A stretch of 64,000 nucleotides of DNA from an uncultured Thermoleophilaceae bacterium (GTDB lineage Bacteria > Actinomycetota > Thermoleophilia > Solirubrobacterales > Thermoleophilaceae). The notes below the pieces were generated by a model. The model was not told the origin of the DNA. It ran no database searches and saw only the letters and a program-made list of their open reading frames with translations. The stretch lies in NCBI GenBank assembly GCA_963808105.1, contig CAWEEH010000001.1:39082-103081 (forward strand), written 5' to 3'. Shown here piece by piece: positions 9,551 to 20,797 of this stretch (positions are counted from its first letter, which is position 1; every line of letters starts with the position of its first letter). The position numbers were made by a program, and so were the translations under genes.

Positions 9551-10827
9551 GCTGAAGGTCCTCACCGCCACGATCGACGAGCCGGGCCTGAACACGATCG
9601 AGGTGTACGAGCGCCTGGGCGGCTACCGCTCCGCGCGCAAGGCGCTGTTCGAGATGGAGCCGGAGGACGTGGTGTCGGAGCTCGAGGCGTCGGGCCTGCG
9701 CGGCCGTGGCGGCGCCGGCTTCTCGATGGGCAAGAAGGCGGCCTTCATCCCCAAGGGCGCGATGGACAAGTACCTCTGCTGCAACGCCGACGAGTCCGAG
9801 CCCGGGCACCTTCAAGGACCGGCTGCTGATGCAGAAGAACCCGCACCTGCTGGTGGAGGGCTGCATCATCGGCTCGATCGCCGCGGGCGCCAACCGCGCC
9901 TTCATCTTCATCCGCGGCGAGTACGAGGCCCAGGCCGACATCCTCGACGCCGCCGTGGCCGAGGCGTACGAGAAGGGCTACCTGGGCGAGGGCATCTTCG
10001 GCTCGCGCATCCAGGTCGAGCTGGTGGTGCACCGGGGCCAGGGCGCGTACATCTGCGGCGAGGAGTCCGCTCTGCTCGACGCGCTCGAGGGAAAGCGCGG
10101 CAACCCGCGCCTCAAGCCGCCCTTCCCCGCCAACCAGGGCCTCTACCAGGGCCCCACTCTGATCAACAACGTGGAGACGCTGTGCTGCGCGCCGGTGATC
10201 ATCGAGAAGGGCGCCGAGTGGTTCAAGGCGATGGGCCAGGGCAACTCCACCGGCACCAAGCTCGTGTCGGTCTCGGGCAACGTGCGCAAGCCCGGCAACT
10301 ACGAGATCGAGCTGGGCATCACCGGCCGCGAGATCGTGGAGGACCTCGCCGGCGGCACCCCGGAGGGCACCACGGTGAAGTGCTGGTTCCCCGGCGGGTC
10401 CTCGGCGCCCGTGCTGCTGGATGAGCACCTCGATCTTCCGTACACCTTCGAGGACATGGCCGAGGCGGGCTCGATGCTCGGCTCGGGCGCGATCATCGTG
10501 GTGGACTCAGAGCAGCCGATCGTGCCGCTGGCGCTGCGCCTGGCCGCGTTCTACCGCCACGAGTCCTGCGGCAAGTGCGTCCCGTGCCGGGAGGGCACGA
10601 ACTGGACCGTGAAGATGCTCGAGCGGATGGACGAGGGCGAGGGCACGCCCATGGACATCCAGATCATGGCCGAGGTGCAGGAGAACATCATCGGCAACTG
10701 CCTCTGCGTGCTCGGCGACTCGATGGCGATGCCGATCCTCTCGATGGTCAAGCACTTCCGGCCGGAGTTCGAGGAGCACATGGAGCGCGCACGCGAGGAC
10801 GCCGACCGCGACGCCCTGGCTATCTGA
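9543..10827 (+). CDS. nuoF: NADH-quinone oxidoreductase subunit F. The reading frame is broken once as assembled (+1 nt in the GGG run at 9804-9806).
   Basis: ORF 9543..10424 carries GRGGAGFSMGKK...CNADESEPG. ORF 9706..10827 continues with TFKDRLLM...ESCGKCVPCREG. The canonical junction ESEPGTFKDR is restored by deleting one G. Total length is 3n+1. Confidence 0.9.
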
Positions 10828-13303
10828 TGGCGCGTCCCGAGATTCGCCAGATCACGTTCGAGATCGACGGCCGCGAGGTGGCCGCGCCCGAGGGCACGAT
10901 GCTCGTGGACGCCGCCAAGCACGGCGACGTCGAGATCCCCTACTTCTGTTACGAGCGCAAGCTCGGCCCGCCGGTGGGCGCCTGCCGGATGTGCCTGGTG
11001 GAGATCGAGGGCATGCCCAAGCTGCAGACCTCGTGCTCCACGCCGGTGAAGGAGGGCATGGTGGTGAACACCACGTCCGACCGCGTGAAGCACGCGCAGG
11101 AGGCGGTCGTCGAGTTCCTGCTGATCAACCACCCGCTCGACTGCCCGGTGTGCGACAAGGGCGGCGAGTGCCCGCTGCAGGACATCTCCTACGGCTGGGG
11201 CGGAGGCAAGTCGCGCTTCATCGAGCCCAAGCGCCACTTCCGCAAGCCGCTGGAGCTCTCCCCGCTCGTGGCGATCGACCGCGAGCGCTGCATCCTCTGC
11301 TACCGCTGCGTGCGCTTCTCCCAGGAGGTGGCCGAGGACTACCAGCTGGTGTTCCTCGAGCGCGGCGACCACACCTACGTGGGCACCCACGACGGCTCGC
11401 CCTACGTCGGCCCCTTCAGCGGCAACATCGTGGAGCTGTGCCCGGTGGGCGCCCTCACCTCCATCGGCCTACCGCTTCCGCGCGCGCCCGTGGGACATCG
11501 AGGGCGCCGGCTCGGTCTGCACGCTGTGCCCGAGCCAGTGCAACGTGACCTTCACCGTGCGCGACGACGCGAAGGTGCTGCGCGTGCTCGCGCGCGAGAA
11601 CCCGGAGGTCGACGACGGCTGGCTGTGCGACAAGGGCCGCTTCGGCTACCAGGCGATCCATTCGAAGGAGCGCCTGCGCGCGCCGATGGTCCGCGACGGC
11701 GGCGCCCTCCGCGAGGTCTCCTGGGAGCGCGCTCTCGACGAGGCCGCAACCCAGCTCGGAAAGGCGGGCGCGAAGGCGGCGGCGCTGGCGGGCGGCGCCA
11801 CCACCAACGAGGAGGCGCTGCTGCTCCAGCACCTCATGCGCGCGGGCGCGGGCTCGCCGCACATCGACTCGCGCACCGCCGGCGTGGTCGACCCCGAGCA
11901 GGCGCGCGTGCTGGCGCGCCCCGACCTGTCCGCGCGCGTGAGCGACATCGACCACGCCGATGCCGTGCTCGTGGTGGAGACCGAGCTGGTCGACGAGTCG
12001 CCCATCCTGGATCTGCGCGTGCGCAAGGCGGCCCGGCGCAACGGCGCGAAGGTCGTGACGCTCACCAGCCGCCCGGGCACGCTCGATCCCAACGCCGCGG
12101 CCGCGGTGCGATTCGCGCCCGGGGCCGCCGAGGCCGCGCTGGCGGCGCTCGCCTCGTCGCTCGGCTCAGGCCGCATCGACGTGCCGCGGCTGGAGACCAG
12201 CGCCGGCGCCGCGCCGGGCGCGATCGCCGAGGCCGCCGACGTGCTGCGCGACGCGGGCGACGTGGTGATCCTCTGGGGCGAGCGCGCCTCGCACGGTGAC
12301 CGCGGCCCGCAGACGGTTGAGGCGCTGCTCGCGGTGACGCAGGCACTCGGCGTGGCGGACAAGGAGGAGTCCGGGCTGATCGAGGTGCCGGCCGCCACCA
12401 ACGCGCGCGGGCTGCGCGAGCTGGGCGTGGTGCCCAACCTGAAGCCGGGGCTGCAGGACGCCGAGGAGGCGGGCATGGGCGCCGCCGCGATCGGCCGCGC
12501 GCTGGCCGACGCCGAGCTCACCACCCTGCTGCTGTGGAACACCGACCCGTTGGAGAGCCACCCCGAGCGATCGACCTGGACGGCGGCGCTCGGGCGGGCC
12601 ACCTCTGTCATCGCCTGCGCGAGCTTCCTCACGCCCCAGCTCGAGGAGAACGCCACCGTGATCTTCCCCGCCGAGTCCAACGCCGAGAAGGAGGGCACCC
12701 TGACGCACCCGGACGGGCGCGTGCAGCGGGTGCGCCAGGCGATCGGCCGCCCCGGCGAGGTGCAGCCCGGGTGGTGGGTGCTCACCGAGCTGGCCGACCG
12801 CATCGGCGCCGGGATGGATCCCCAGGGCGCCCCGGCCCTGTTCGAGGCCGTGAAGAAGGCGGCGCCGTTCATGGACGGCACTCACCCTGGAAGAGATCGG
12901 CGGCCGCGGCGCGCGCTGGCAGGACGCCGACTCCGCCTCCAAGCTCCCCGCCGCCGAGCCGTCCGAGGATCAGCTGGAGCACCCGCCCGAGCTGCCCGAG
13001 GGGATGCGCCTCGGCGCGGCGCCCTCGCTGTGGGCCGGGCAGGTCACCGCGCACGCGCCGTCGCTTCGCTTCCTCGCCCCCGTCCAGCGCGCCGAGCTCG
13101 CGCCGACCGACGCCGAGCGGCTGGGACTCGAGCAGGGCGACGACGTGATGGTCACCGCCGGTGAGGAGAGCGTGCGCGCCTCGGTGGCGCTGCGCCAGGC
13201 CGTGAGCCCCGGCAGCGTGTTCCTCACCACGGGCACGGCGGAGGAGAACGCCACCGCGCTGATGAACGGGGTGCCGCGCACGGTCGAGGTGCGCAAGGCG
13301 TGA
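10827..13303 (+). CDS. nuoG: NADH-quinone oxidoreductase subunit G. Two frame breaks as assembled (+1 near 11463, +1 at 12880).
   Basis: Three ORF pieces (10827.., 11545.., 13004..13303). Motifs CRMCLVE, HPLDCPVCDKGGEC and CILCYRCVRF. The junctions read CPVGALTS/AYRFRARPWD and APFMDG/LTLEEIGGRG. Length is 3n+2. Confidence 0.9.
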
Positions 13304-14298
13304 TCCTCGAGTCCACCCTCGTCCTGATCCTCAAGGCGATCGTGATCTTCGCGTTCATCTTGCAGGTGGTGCCGCTGATCCTGCTGCTCGAGCGCAAGCT
13401 GCTCGGGCGCTTTCAGGCGCGCTACGGGCCCAACCGGGTGGGGCCCTACGGCCTGATGCAGCCGCTCGCCGACGTGCTGAAGCTCCTGTCGAAGGAGCAG
13501 TCGCACCCCGCCACCGCCGTACCGTGGCTGATGGCGATCGCGCCGGTGATCTCGATCGCGACCGCCGTCGCCACGCTGGCGATCATCCCGTTCGGGCCGC
13601 AGGGGGCGTGGGGCGGCGACCTCGGCCTGTACGGCATCGACGTCCAGATCGGGCTCCTCTACTTCTTCGCCTTCGGCTCGCTCGGGTTCTACGCGTTCGT
13701 GCTTGGCGGGTGGGCATCGGGATCGAAGTACTCGTTCCTCGGCGCCATGCGCTCCGCCGCGCAGCTGATCTCCTATGAGGTCGCGATCGGCCTGTCACTG
13801 CTCGGCGTGGCCATGACGGCGGGCTCGCTGTCGCTCGTCGACATCGTTGAGGCCCAGGGCGCCGACGGCTCGGGCATCTGGTTCATCGTGCCCCAGTTCG
13901 TGGGCTTCATCGTGTTCATGGTGGCGGGCTTCGCCGAGTCCTCCCGACCGCCGTTCGACCTGCCGGAGTCCGACGCTGAGCTGGTGGCCGGCTACAACAC
14001 CGAGTACGGCGGCATGCGCTTCGGCTCGTTCTTCATGGCCGAGTACATCGAGGTGATCGTCATCGCCGGCGTGGCCACCGCCTGCTTTCTCGGCGGCTGG
14101 CACGGGCCCGGCCCGGGCGAGCTTGCGCCGCTGTGGGTGCTGCTGAAGATGTTCGCGTTCGTGATCCTGTTCATCTGGATCCGCGCGACCCTCCCGCGCC
14201 TGCGCTACGACCAGCTGATGAGCCTCGGCTGGAAGGTGCTGCTCCCGCTGGCAACGCTGAATGTCCTGGTAACCGCGATCCTGGTGGTGACGACTTGA
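13300..14298 (+). CDS. nuoH: NADH-quinone oxidoreductase subunit H
   Basis: 332-aa polytopic protein. Motifs [21 protein letters not shown] and [25 protein letters not shown]. Confidence 0.95.
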   Translation: MILESTLVLILKAIVIFAFILQVVPLILLLERKLLGRFQARYGPNRVGPYGLMQPLADVLKLLSKEQSHPATAVPWLMAIAPVISIATAVATLAIIPFGPQGAWGGDLGLYGIDVQIGLLYFFAFGSLGFYAFVLGGWASGSKYSFLGAMRSAAQLISYEVAIGLSLLGVAMTAGSLSLVDIVEAQGADGSGIWFIVPQFVGFIVFMVAGFAESSRPPFDLPESDAELVAGYNTEYGGMRFGSFFMAEYIEVIVIAGVATACFLGGWHGPGPGELAPLWVLLKMFAFVILFIWIRATLPRLRYDQLMSLGWKVLLPLATLNVLVTAILVVTT

Positions 14299-14834
14299 GC
14301 GGCCCGCACACGCCCATCGACGACATCCTGCACGTGCCGCGCGGCCCCGAGCCGGGCGGTGTGGGCGGCGCCTACCGCGCCTTCGGCGCGACGCTGCGCG
14401 GCCTTCGCACCACGTTCGGCCGGCTGCTCGAGAAGCCGCCGGTGATCCAGTACCCCGAGGAGAAGACGCCCGTCTACCCGCGCTTCCGCGGGCGCCACAA
14501 GCTGCACCGGTTCGAGGACACCGGGCACGAGAAGTGCGTGGGCTGCTCGCTGTGCGCCGCGGCCTGCCCGGCCGAGTGCATTCGCGTGGTGGCGGCCGAG
14601 AACACGCCCGAGAACCAGGTGTCGGCGGGCGAGCGCTACGCCGCGGTGTACGAGATCAACATGACCCGCTGCATCTTCTGCGGCTACTGCGAGGTCGCGT
14701 GCCCATTCGACGCGATCACGATGGGCAACGACTACGAGATGGCCGACTACGAGCGGTCGGATCTGATCTTCACCAAGGAGATGCTGCTCGCGGATCCCGT
14801 CGAACGGACCCCGCTGCGGCGCGAAGGCGAGTAG
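14295..14834 (+). CDS. nuoI: NADH-quinone oxidoreductase subunit I
   Basis: TTG at 14295 overlaps the nuoH stop. Two 4Fe-4S motifs, [12 protein letters not shown] and [12 protein letters not shown]. Confidence 0.9.
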   Translation: MSGPHTPIDDILHVPRGPEPGGVGGAYRAFGATLRGLRTTFGRLLEKPPVIQYPEEKTPVYPRFRGRHKLHRFEDTGHEKCVGCSLCAAACPAECIRVVAAENTPENQVSAGERYAAVYEINMTRCIFCGYCEVACPFDAITMGNDYEMADYERSDLIFTKEMLLADPVERTPLRREGE

Positions 14835-15367
14835 TGCTCTTCGAGCAGATCCTCTTCTTCGTAGCGGGCTTCGGCGCCATCGCCGGAGCGCTCGGCGTCG
14901 TGATGCTCCGCAACCCGTTCTACTCGGTGCTCTCGCTGGTCGGGCACCTGATCTCGCTCGCCGTGCTGTTCCTGCTGCTGCGCGCGGACTTCATCGCCGC
15001 CGCGCAGGTCGTGGTGTACGCCGGCGCGGTGATGGTGCTGTACGTGTTCGTCGTGGCCTACGTCGGCGGGTCCGACGAGCCGATGCGTGCCGAGGCGAGC
15101 GGCATGGCCGGCGTGTTCGGCCCGCTGTTCGCGGCGGCGATCTTCGTGGAGATCACCGTGGCCGTGGTGGGCTCGGGCCTGGGCGCCCTGGACACCCGCG
15201 GGCCCGACGTGGACGCCGGGTTCGGCTCGCCGGCAGAGATCGGCGAGCTGCTGCTCACCAAGTTCCTGGTGCCCTTCGAGGTGGCGTCCTTCCTCCTGCT
15301 CATCGCGGCCGTCGGCGCGCTCGTGCTGGCGCGGAAGCGAAGGGGCCTCGAGGAGGCAGAGGCCTAG
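14834..15367 (+). CDS. nuoJ: NADH-quinone oxidoreductase subunit J
   Basis: GTG at 14834 overlaps the nuoI stop. Hydrophobic product [31 protein letters not shown]... is in the conserved operon position. Confidence 0.85.
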   Translation: MLFEQILFFVAGFGAIAGALGVVMLRNPFYSVLSLVGHLISLAVLFLLLRADFIAAAQVVVYAGAVMVLYVFVVAYVGGSDEPMRAEASGMAGVFGPLFAAAIFVEITVAVVGSGLGALDTRGPDVDAGFGSPAEIGELLLTKFLVPFEVASFLLLIAAVGALVLARKRRGLEEAEA

Positions 15368-15667
15368 TGGACACGAGCTGGTTCGTCGTCCTGCGCGCCT
15401 TCATCTTCGCCATCGGCGCCGCCGGCGTGATGACCCGGCGCAGCCCGCTGGTGATCCTCCTCTGCCTGGAGCTGATGCTGAACGCCGGCAACCTCGCGCT
15501 GATCGCGTTCTCGCGGATGCTCGGCAACTCACGACGGCCAGGTCTTCGCCCTGATCGTGATGGTGGTCGCCGCGTGTGAGGTCGTGGTGGGCCTCGGGAT
15601 CATCGTCGCGATGTACCGGCGCCGGCTGCCCATCGACGTCGACGAGATGTCCGAGCTCCGAGGATGA
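15367..15667 (+). CDS. nuoK: NADH-quinone oxidoreductase subunit K. One frame break as assembled (+1 nt at about 15529).
   Basis: The listed ORF 15367..15579 diverges after ...AFSRMLGN. The next frame gives HDGQVFALIVMVVAACEVVVGLGIIVAMYRRR...SELRG and stops at a TGA overlapping the nuoL ATG. Length is 3n+1. Confidence 0.85.
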
Positions 15668-17675
15668 ACGCCACCACCTACGGCTGGATCGTGCTGGGCT
15701 CGCCGCTGGTGGGCACGGCGCTGCTGGCGCTCGGGTACAAGCGCCTGCCCGGCCGCACCGCGGGCTGGCTCGGCAGCCTCGCGATCGGCGTCTCGTTCCT
15801 CTCGGCCGTGGGGATGCTGTTCGCGCTCACCGACCGCGAGGAGGAGTCGCGCTCGCTGGTGGGCACGGCGTTCACCTACATCGACGTGGCGGGCGTGAAG
15901 GCCGACCTGGCGATCCTGGTCGACCCGCTGGCCGTGGTGATGTGCCTCGTGGTGTCGGGGGTCTCGTTCCTGATCCACCTCTACTCGGTGGCGTACATGG
16001 ACTCCGACCGGGGCTACGTGCGCTTCTTCGCGTACCTGAACTTCTTCGTGTTCTCGATGCTGCTGCTGGTCCTGGCGTCGAACTTCGTGCTGCTGATCGT
16101 GGGCTGGGCGTTCGTGGGCGCGGCCTCCTACCTGCTGATCTCCTTCTGGTACCGGCGCGACACCGCCACGGCGGCCGGCATCAAGGCGTTCGTGATCAAC
16201 GTGATCGGCGACGTCGGCCTCGTGATCGGCGCCTTCCTGCTCTTCAACGGCACCGGCGCCCTGGACTACGCGGGCGTGTTCAACGGCGCGGCCGAGGCGT
16301 TCGGGCGCAACGACGGCCAGCTGGTGGCCGCCTGCCTGATGATCCTCGTGGGCGCGTTCGCCAAGTCCGCACAGCTGCCGCTGCACACCTGGCTGCCCGA
16401 CGCGATGGAGGGCCCCACCCCGGTCTCCGCGCTGATCCACGCGGCCACGATGGTCACGGCGGGCGTGTACCTGATCGCTCGCTGCCACCCGCTGTTCGAG
16501 CTGGCGCCGACCGCCGCGGACGTGGGGGCGATCATCGGCACGGCCACGCTGCGTGTTCGCCGCCACGGTGGCGCTTGCCGTGACCGACCTCAAGCGGGTG
16601 ATCGCCTACTCGACGATGTCGCAGATCGGCTACATGGTGCTCGGCGTCTCGGTCGCGGCCTACGGCGCCGGGATGTTCCACCTCATGACCCACGCGTTCT
16701 TCAAGGCGCTGCTGTTCATGAGCGCCGGGTCGGTGATCGCCGCCGTGGGCGGCGCACAGTCGCTGGACCGGATGGGCGGCCTTCGCAAGGCCATGCCGTT
16801 CACGTTCGTGGTCTTCACGATCGGCGCGCTCGCGCTGGCGGGCTTCCCGTTCTTCGCCGGGTTCTTCTCCAAGGACGAGATCCTGGCCTTCACGATCAAC
16901 CGCGGCGGCGGCTACGTGGCGCTGGGCGTGCTCGGCTACTTCGCCGCACTGCTCACCGCCTTCTACTCCTTCCGGATGGTGTTCCGGGTGTTCTTCGGGC
17001 CGCCCGTGCCCGAGGCGCGCGAGCTCGAGAAGGGCAACCTGGCCCACGGCGAGCACGCGAACCCGATGACCGGCGAGGAGGAGGACACCGACGTCGGCTT
17101 CCCCGGCAGCGAGCACCACATCGCCGAGCGCGAGTGGCCGATGCGAGCCGCCATGGCGCCGCTCGCGCTGCTGGCGATCACGGCGGGCGCGCTGGGGATC
17201 CCGGGCGTGACCGACACCTTCGAGAAGTTCCTCGAGCCCACGTTCGCGGACTCGCACTTCGTCCACGACCACCCCAGCGAGAGCGCGGAGTGGATCGGGC
17301 TCGCGGTGGGCGGCATCGTCGCGATCGCCGGCATCTTCGGCGCCTGGCTCTGGTTCATGGAGCGCCCCGACCTGCGGCTGGCATCGCGGGAGAAGTTCGC
17401 CGGCGTGATGCGCTTCCTCGTGAACAAGTGGTACTTCGACGAGCTGTTCGAGCTCATCGATCGTCCGCCCCTTCGCCCGGGCGGGGCAGTTCGGGCGCAC
17501 CGTGGTTGAGAGCCGCTTCGTGCAGGGCGTGCTCGTGGGAGGCACGGTCGGGCTGGTGCGCGTGGGCACATCGTTCGCGCGCTCGATCCAGACCGGCGAG
17601 CTGCGCGGCTACGCCATGTTGCTGCTGATCGGCGTGAGCGGGATGCTCCTCTACTTCCTGGTGGTGTCGTCGTGA
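15664..17675 (+). CDS. nuoL: NADH-quinone oxidoreductase subunit L. Two frame breaks as assembled (+1 near 16552, +1 near 17459).
   Basis: Piece 1 ends ...AIIGTATL. Piece 2 (ORF 16553..) reads FAATVALAVTDLKRVIAYSTMSQIGYM. Piece 3 reads IVRPFARAGQFGRTVVESRFVQGVLVGG...LLYFLVVSS and stops at a TGA overlapping the nuoM GTG. Length is 3n+2. Confidence 0.9.
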
Positions 17676-19256
17676 CGATCCACCTGTCGATCGTGCTGTT
17701 CCTGCCGCTCGCGGCCGGCCTGCTCGCGGCCTTCCTGCCGGCGAGGCTCGGGCGCTGGCTGGTGGTGGCGGCAACCGTGGGAGTGCTCGGCTACGCGATC
17801 GCGCTGATCGCGGACTTCGACCGCGGCGTCGACCGGCCTCCAGTACGTGACCGACGACAACTGGATCTCTGAGCTGGGCATCCGCTACCAGCTCGGCATC
17901 GACGGGCTGAACCTGTTCCTGGTGGCGCTCACCGCGCTGCTGTGGGTGCCGGCAACGATCTGGGCGGCGCTGCGCACCACCGAGCGGCCCAAGCTGTTCC
18001 TGTTCCACATGGCGCTGGCGGAGACCGCCGTGCTCGGCGCCTTCATGGCGCAGGACCTCGCGCTCTTCGTCGTGTTCTTCGACCTGATGCTGGTCCCGTT
18101 CTACTTCCTGATCGGCGGCTGGGGCAAGGGCGACCGCGTGGCCGCGACCACCAAGTTCACGATCTACACGCTGGTGGGGTCGCTGCTGATGCTGGCCGGC
18201 GCCGTGGCGCTCGGGGTGCTGGCGGCCGACGGAGGCGACGTGTCGTTCTCGTTCGCCGTGCTCGAGGAGCGCCCGCTCGGGCGAGGGCACCCAGCAGTGG
18301 ATCTTCCTGCTGTTCGCGGCCGCGTTCGTGGTGAAGGCGCCGCTGTTCCCGCTGCACGGCTGGGTGGTGGACACCTACCGCTCGACGCCGGTGCCGGTGC
18401 TGGTGGTGCTCTCCGCCGTGCTGTCGAAGGTGGGCGTCTACGGCTTCCTGCGGATCGTGCTGCCGATCCTGCCCGACGCCGCCGAGCACTTCCAGGACCT
18501 GATGCTCGTGCTGGCCGTGTTCTCGATCCTCTACGGCTCGATCCTCGCCTTCTCCCAGGAGGAGCCGCGGCTGGTCGTGGCCTACTCGTCCATCGCCCAG
18601 CTGGGCTTCATCGTGCTCGGCATCTTCTCGCTGGACGAGAAGGGCGCCCAGGGCGCGCTGATGCAGATGGTGAACCACGGCCTGGTGGTGGCGCCGCTGT
18701 TCTTCATCATCGCCGCTGCTCACCGCGCGGGCGAAGCGGGTCGCCGTCGCTCGCGCAGATGGGCGGCATGGCCCTGCGCGCGCCCGTGCTCGCCGCCTTC
18801 TTCCTGATCGTCACGCTGGCCACGCTCGCCATGCCGGGCTCGCCCAACTTCATCGGGGAGATCCTGATCCTGTTCGGCGCCTTCGAGGACAAGTTCGTGT
18901 TCGGCGTGGTGGCCAGCGCAGGCGTCGCGCTCGCGGCGGTCTACATGATCCGCGTGTTCCAGAAGTCGATGCACAACCGCAACGCGGATGGCCTTGAGGC
19001 GCCCGACATGGACGGCCTGGGCTTCGTGGCGATCGTGCCGGTGACGCTCGTGATCGTGGCGCTCGGCGTTTACCCGCAGCTGGTGCTCGACCGCACGGGC
19101 GACGCGTTCAGCGAGCCGCGACCGGTCGCCGCCCAGCCCGCTCCGCAGGAGGTCCTGCCCGAGGAGGCCACTCCCGAGGGCGGCGCGGTGCCGCCCGGCG
19201 GCGGGCAGCAGATCAATCCTGAGGAGCTGCAGCAGGTTCCGGAGGAGGCGCCGTGA
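17672..19256 (+). CDS. nuoM: NADH-quinone oxidoreductase subunit M. At least three frame breaks as assembled: +1 near 17834, +1 at 18279-18281, and a net +2/-1 within 18712-18746.
   Basis: Pieces are 17672.., 17847.., 18328.. and a return to the 17847 frame at ...SLAQMGGMALRAP. Junctions read ADFDRGVD/GLQYVTDDNW and EERPL/GEGTQQWIFLLFAAAFVVKAPLFPLHGW. Length is 3n+1. Confidence 0.85.
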
Positions 19257-20797
19257 CCGACCTCCTCACGATCGCCGCGACCAAGGCGCCCGAGATCGAC
19301 TACCAGGGGCTGTCGCCGCTGTTCGCGACGATCGGCGGCGCCGTGGCCGTGGTGCTGGCCGGGCTGATCAGCGGCCGCTTCGCCCAGCGCGTGCTGGTCC
19401 CGTTCCTCACCGTGGCCGCGCTGCTCACCGCGATCGGCCTCACCATCGCCAACTGGGACGCCGGCGACTCGGCGCCGATCATCGAGGGCGCTCTGGCCGT
19501 GGACACGCTGGCGCTGTTCATGGCGATGCTCTTCTACGTGGCCGGGCTGGCAACCGTCCTGCTCTCGCTGCGGGCCGACGTGACCCACTCGGTCGGGTCG
19601 GGCGAGTACATGGCGCTGCTGCTCGGCTCGATCACCGGGATGGTGATCGTCGCGGGCGCGGAGAACCTCGTGACGCTGTTCGTGGGCTTCGAGCTGCTGT
19701 CGATCCCGCTCTACATCCTGTGCGCGTCGGAGCTGCGGAAGGCGCCCTCGCTGGAGGCGGGCCTGAAGTACCTGGTGGTGGGGTCGGTGGGCTCGGCCAC
19801 GCTGCTCTACGGCCTCGCGCTGCTCTACGGCGCCACCGGGTCCACCGACTACTCCGCGATGTCCGAGGCGATCGGGGACACGGTCGGCCTCGGCGACCCG
19901 CTGCTGCTCACCGGCGTCGCGCTCGCCACGGTGGGACTGGCGTTCAAGGCCTCCGTCGCGCCCTTCCACCAGTGGACCCCCGACGTCTACCAGGGCGCCC
20001 CCACCCCGATCACGAGCTTCATGGCCGTGGCCACGAAGGCGGCGGCCTTCGCCATCGCCCTGCGCTTCTTCGACCTGGCGCTGCCGAGCATCCAGGACGA
20101 CTGGGGCCCCCCGCTCGCCGTGCTCGCCACCACCACGATCCTGGTGGGCAACGCCGGCGCGATCGCGCAGCGCTCGCTGAAGCGGATGCTGGCCTGGTCG
20201 GGCGTGGCGCAGGCGGGCTATCTGCTCGCCGGCGTGGTGGTGGGCACCAAGCTGGGCATTCAGGCGACGGTCTTCTACCTGGCCGGCTACCTGTTCATGA
20301 ACGTCGCGGCGTTCGCCGTGGTGATCAGCCGCGAGCGCGTGTCCGAGCACGGGGACTCGATCGAATCGCTGCGCGACCTCGGCCGCGCCTCGCCGGTGCT
20401 GGCCTGGACGATGACGATCGCGATGCTGTCACTCGCGGGCTTCCCGGCCACCGTGGGCTTCATCGGGAAGTTCTATTTGATCGACGCCGCCGTGGCCGGC
20501 GACTACGCGTGGCTGGGAGTGGTGATCGTGGTCGGCTCGATGATCTCCCTCGTCTACTACCTGCGCGTGATCGCGGTGATGTGGATGGGCCGGTTCGAGA
20601 TCGAGCTGCCCACCGTGCCGCCGCGCCACGTCCGCCCGGCCAGCGGCTGGTCCCCGGAGGCCGACGCGCGCGCCCAGCCGGAGGTCATGCTCGTCGCCCT
20701 GCTGGCCGCCGCGGCCACGCTCTTCTTCGGCATCGTGCCGTCGCCGCTGTTCGACCTGGCGCGCGACGTGGGCACGTCGTTGTCAGGGCTGCTCTAG
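19253..20797 (+). CDS. nuoN: NADH-quinone oxidoreductase subunit N
   Basis: 514-aa intact polytopic ORF in the last position of the operon. Contains FKASVAPFHQWTPDVYQGAPTPITSFM. Confidence 0.9.
   Translation: MTDLLTIAATKAPEIDYQGLSPLFATIGGAVAVVLAGLISGRFAQRVLVPFLTVAALLTAIGLTIANWDAGDSAPIIEGALAVDTLALFMAMLFYVAGLATVLLSLRADVTHSVGSGEYMALLLGSITGMVIVAGAENLVTLFVGFELLSIPLYILCASELRKAPSLEAGLKYLVVGSVGSATLLYGLALLYGATGSTDYSAMSEAIGDTVGLGDPLLLTGVALATVGLAFKASVAPFHQWTPDVYQGAPTPITSFMAVATKAAAFAIALRFFDLALPSIQDDWGPPLAVLATTTILVGNAGAIAQRSLKRMLAWSGVAQAGYLLAGVVVGTKLGIQATVFYLAGYLFMNVAAFAVVISRERVSEHGDSIESLRDLGRASPVLAWTMTIAMLSLAGFPATVGFIGKFYLIDAAVAGDYAWLGVVIVVGSMISLVYYLRVIAVMWMGRFEIELPTVPPRHVRPASGWSPEADARAQPEVMLVALLAAAATLFFGIVPSPLFDLARDVGTSLSGLL

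Noticed and set aside
7746-20350. Long antisense or out-of-frame ORFs in the track (for example 7746..8849 -, 10551..11390 -, 11646..12881 -, 15529..16593 -, 16532..17569 -, 17454..18374 -, 19070..20350 -).
   Set aside because: They overlap strongly conserved nuo genes and have Arg/Ala/Gly/Pro/His-rich compositions with no motifs. These are typical shadow ORFs of high-GC DNA. The same applies to many other listed ORFs elsewhere in the window.
6278-20797. Genuine pseudogenisation of Complex I as the primary explanation for the nuo frame breaks.
   Set aside because: The events are almost exclusively +1 insertions. There are no nonsense mutations, deletions or motif erosion, and the same kind of event hits unrelated essential-looking genes across the window. 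A technical origin is more parsimonious, but I have kept it as a finding to be tested with reads.
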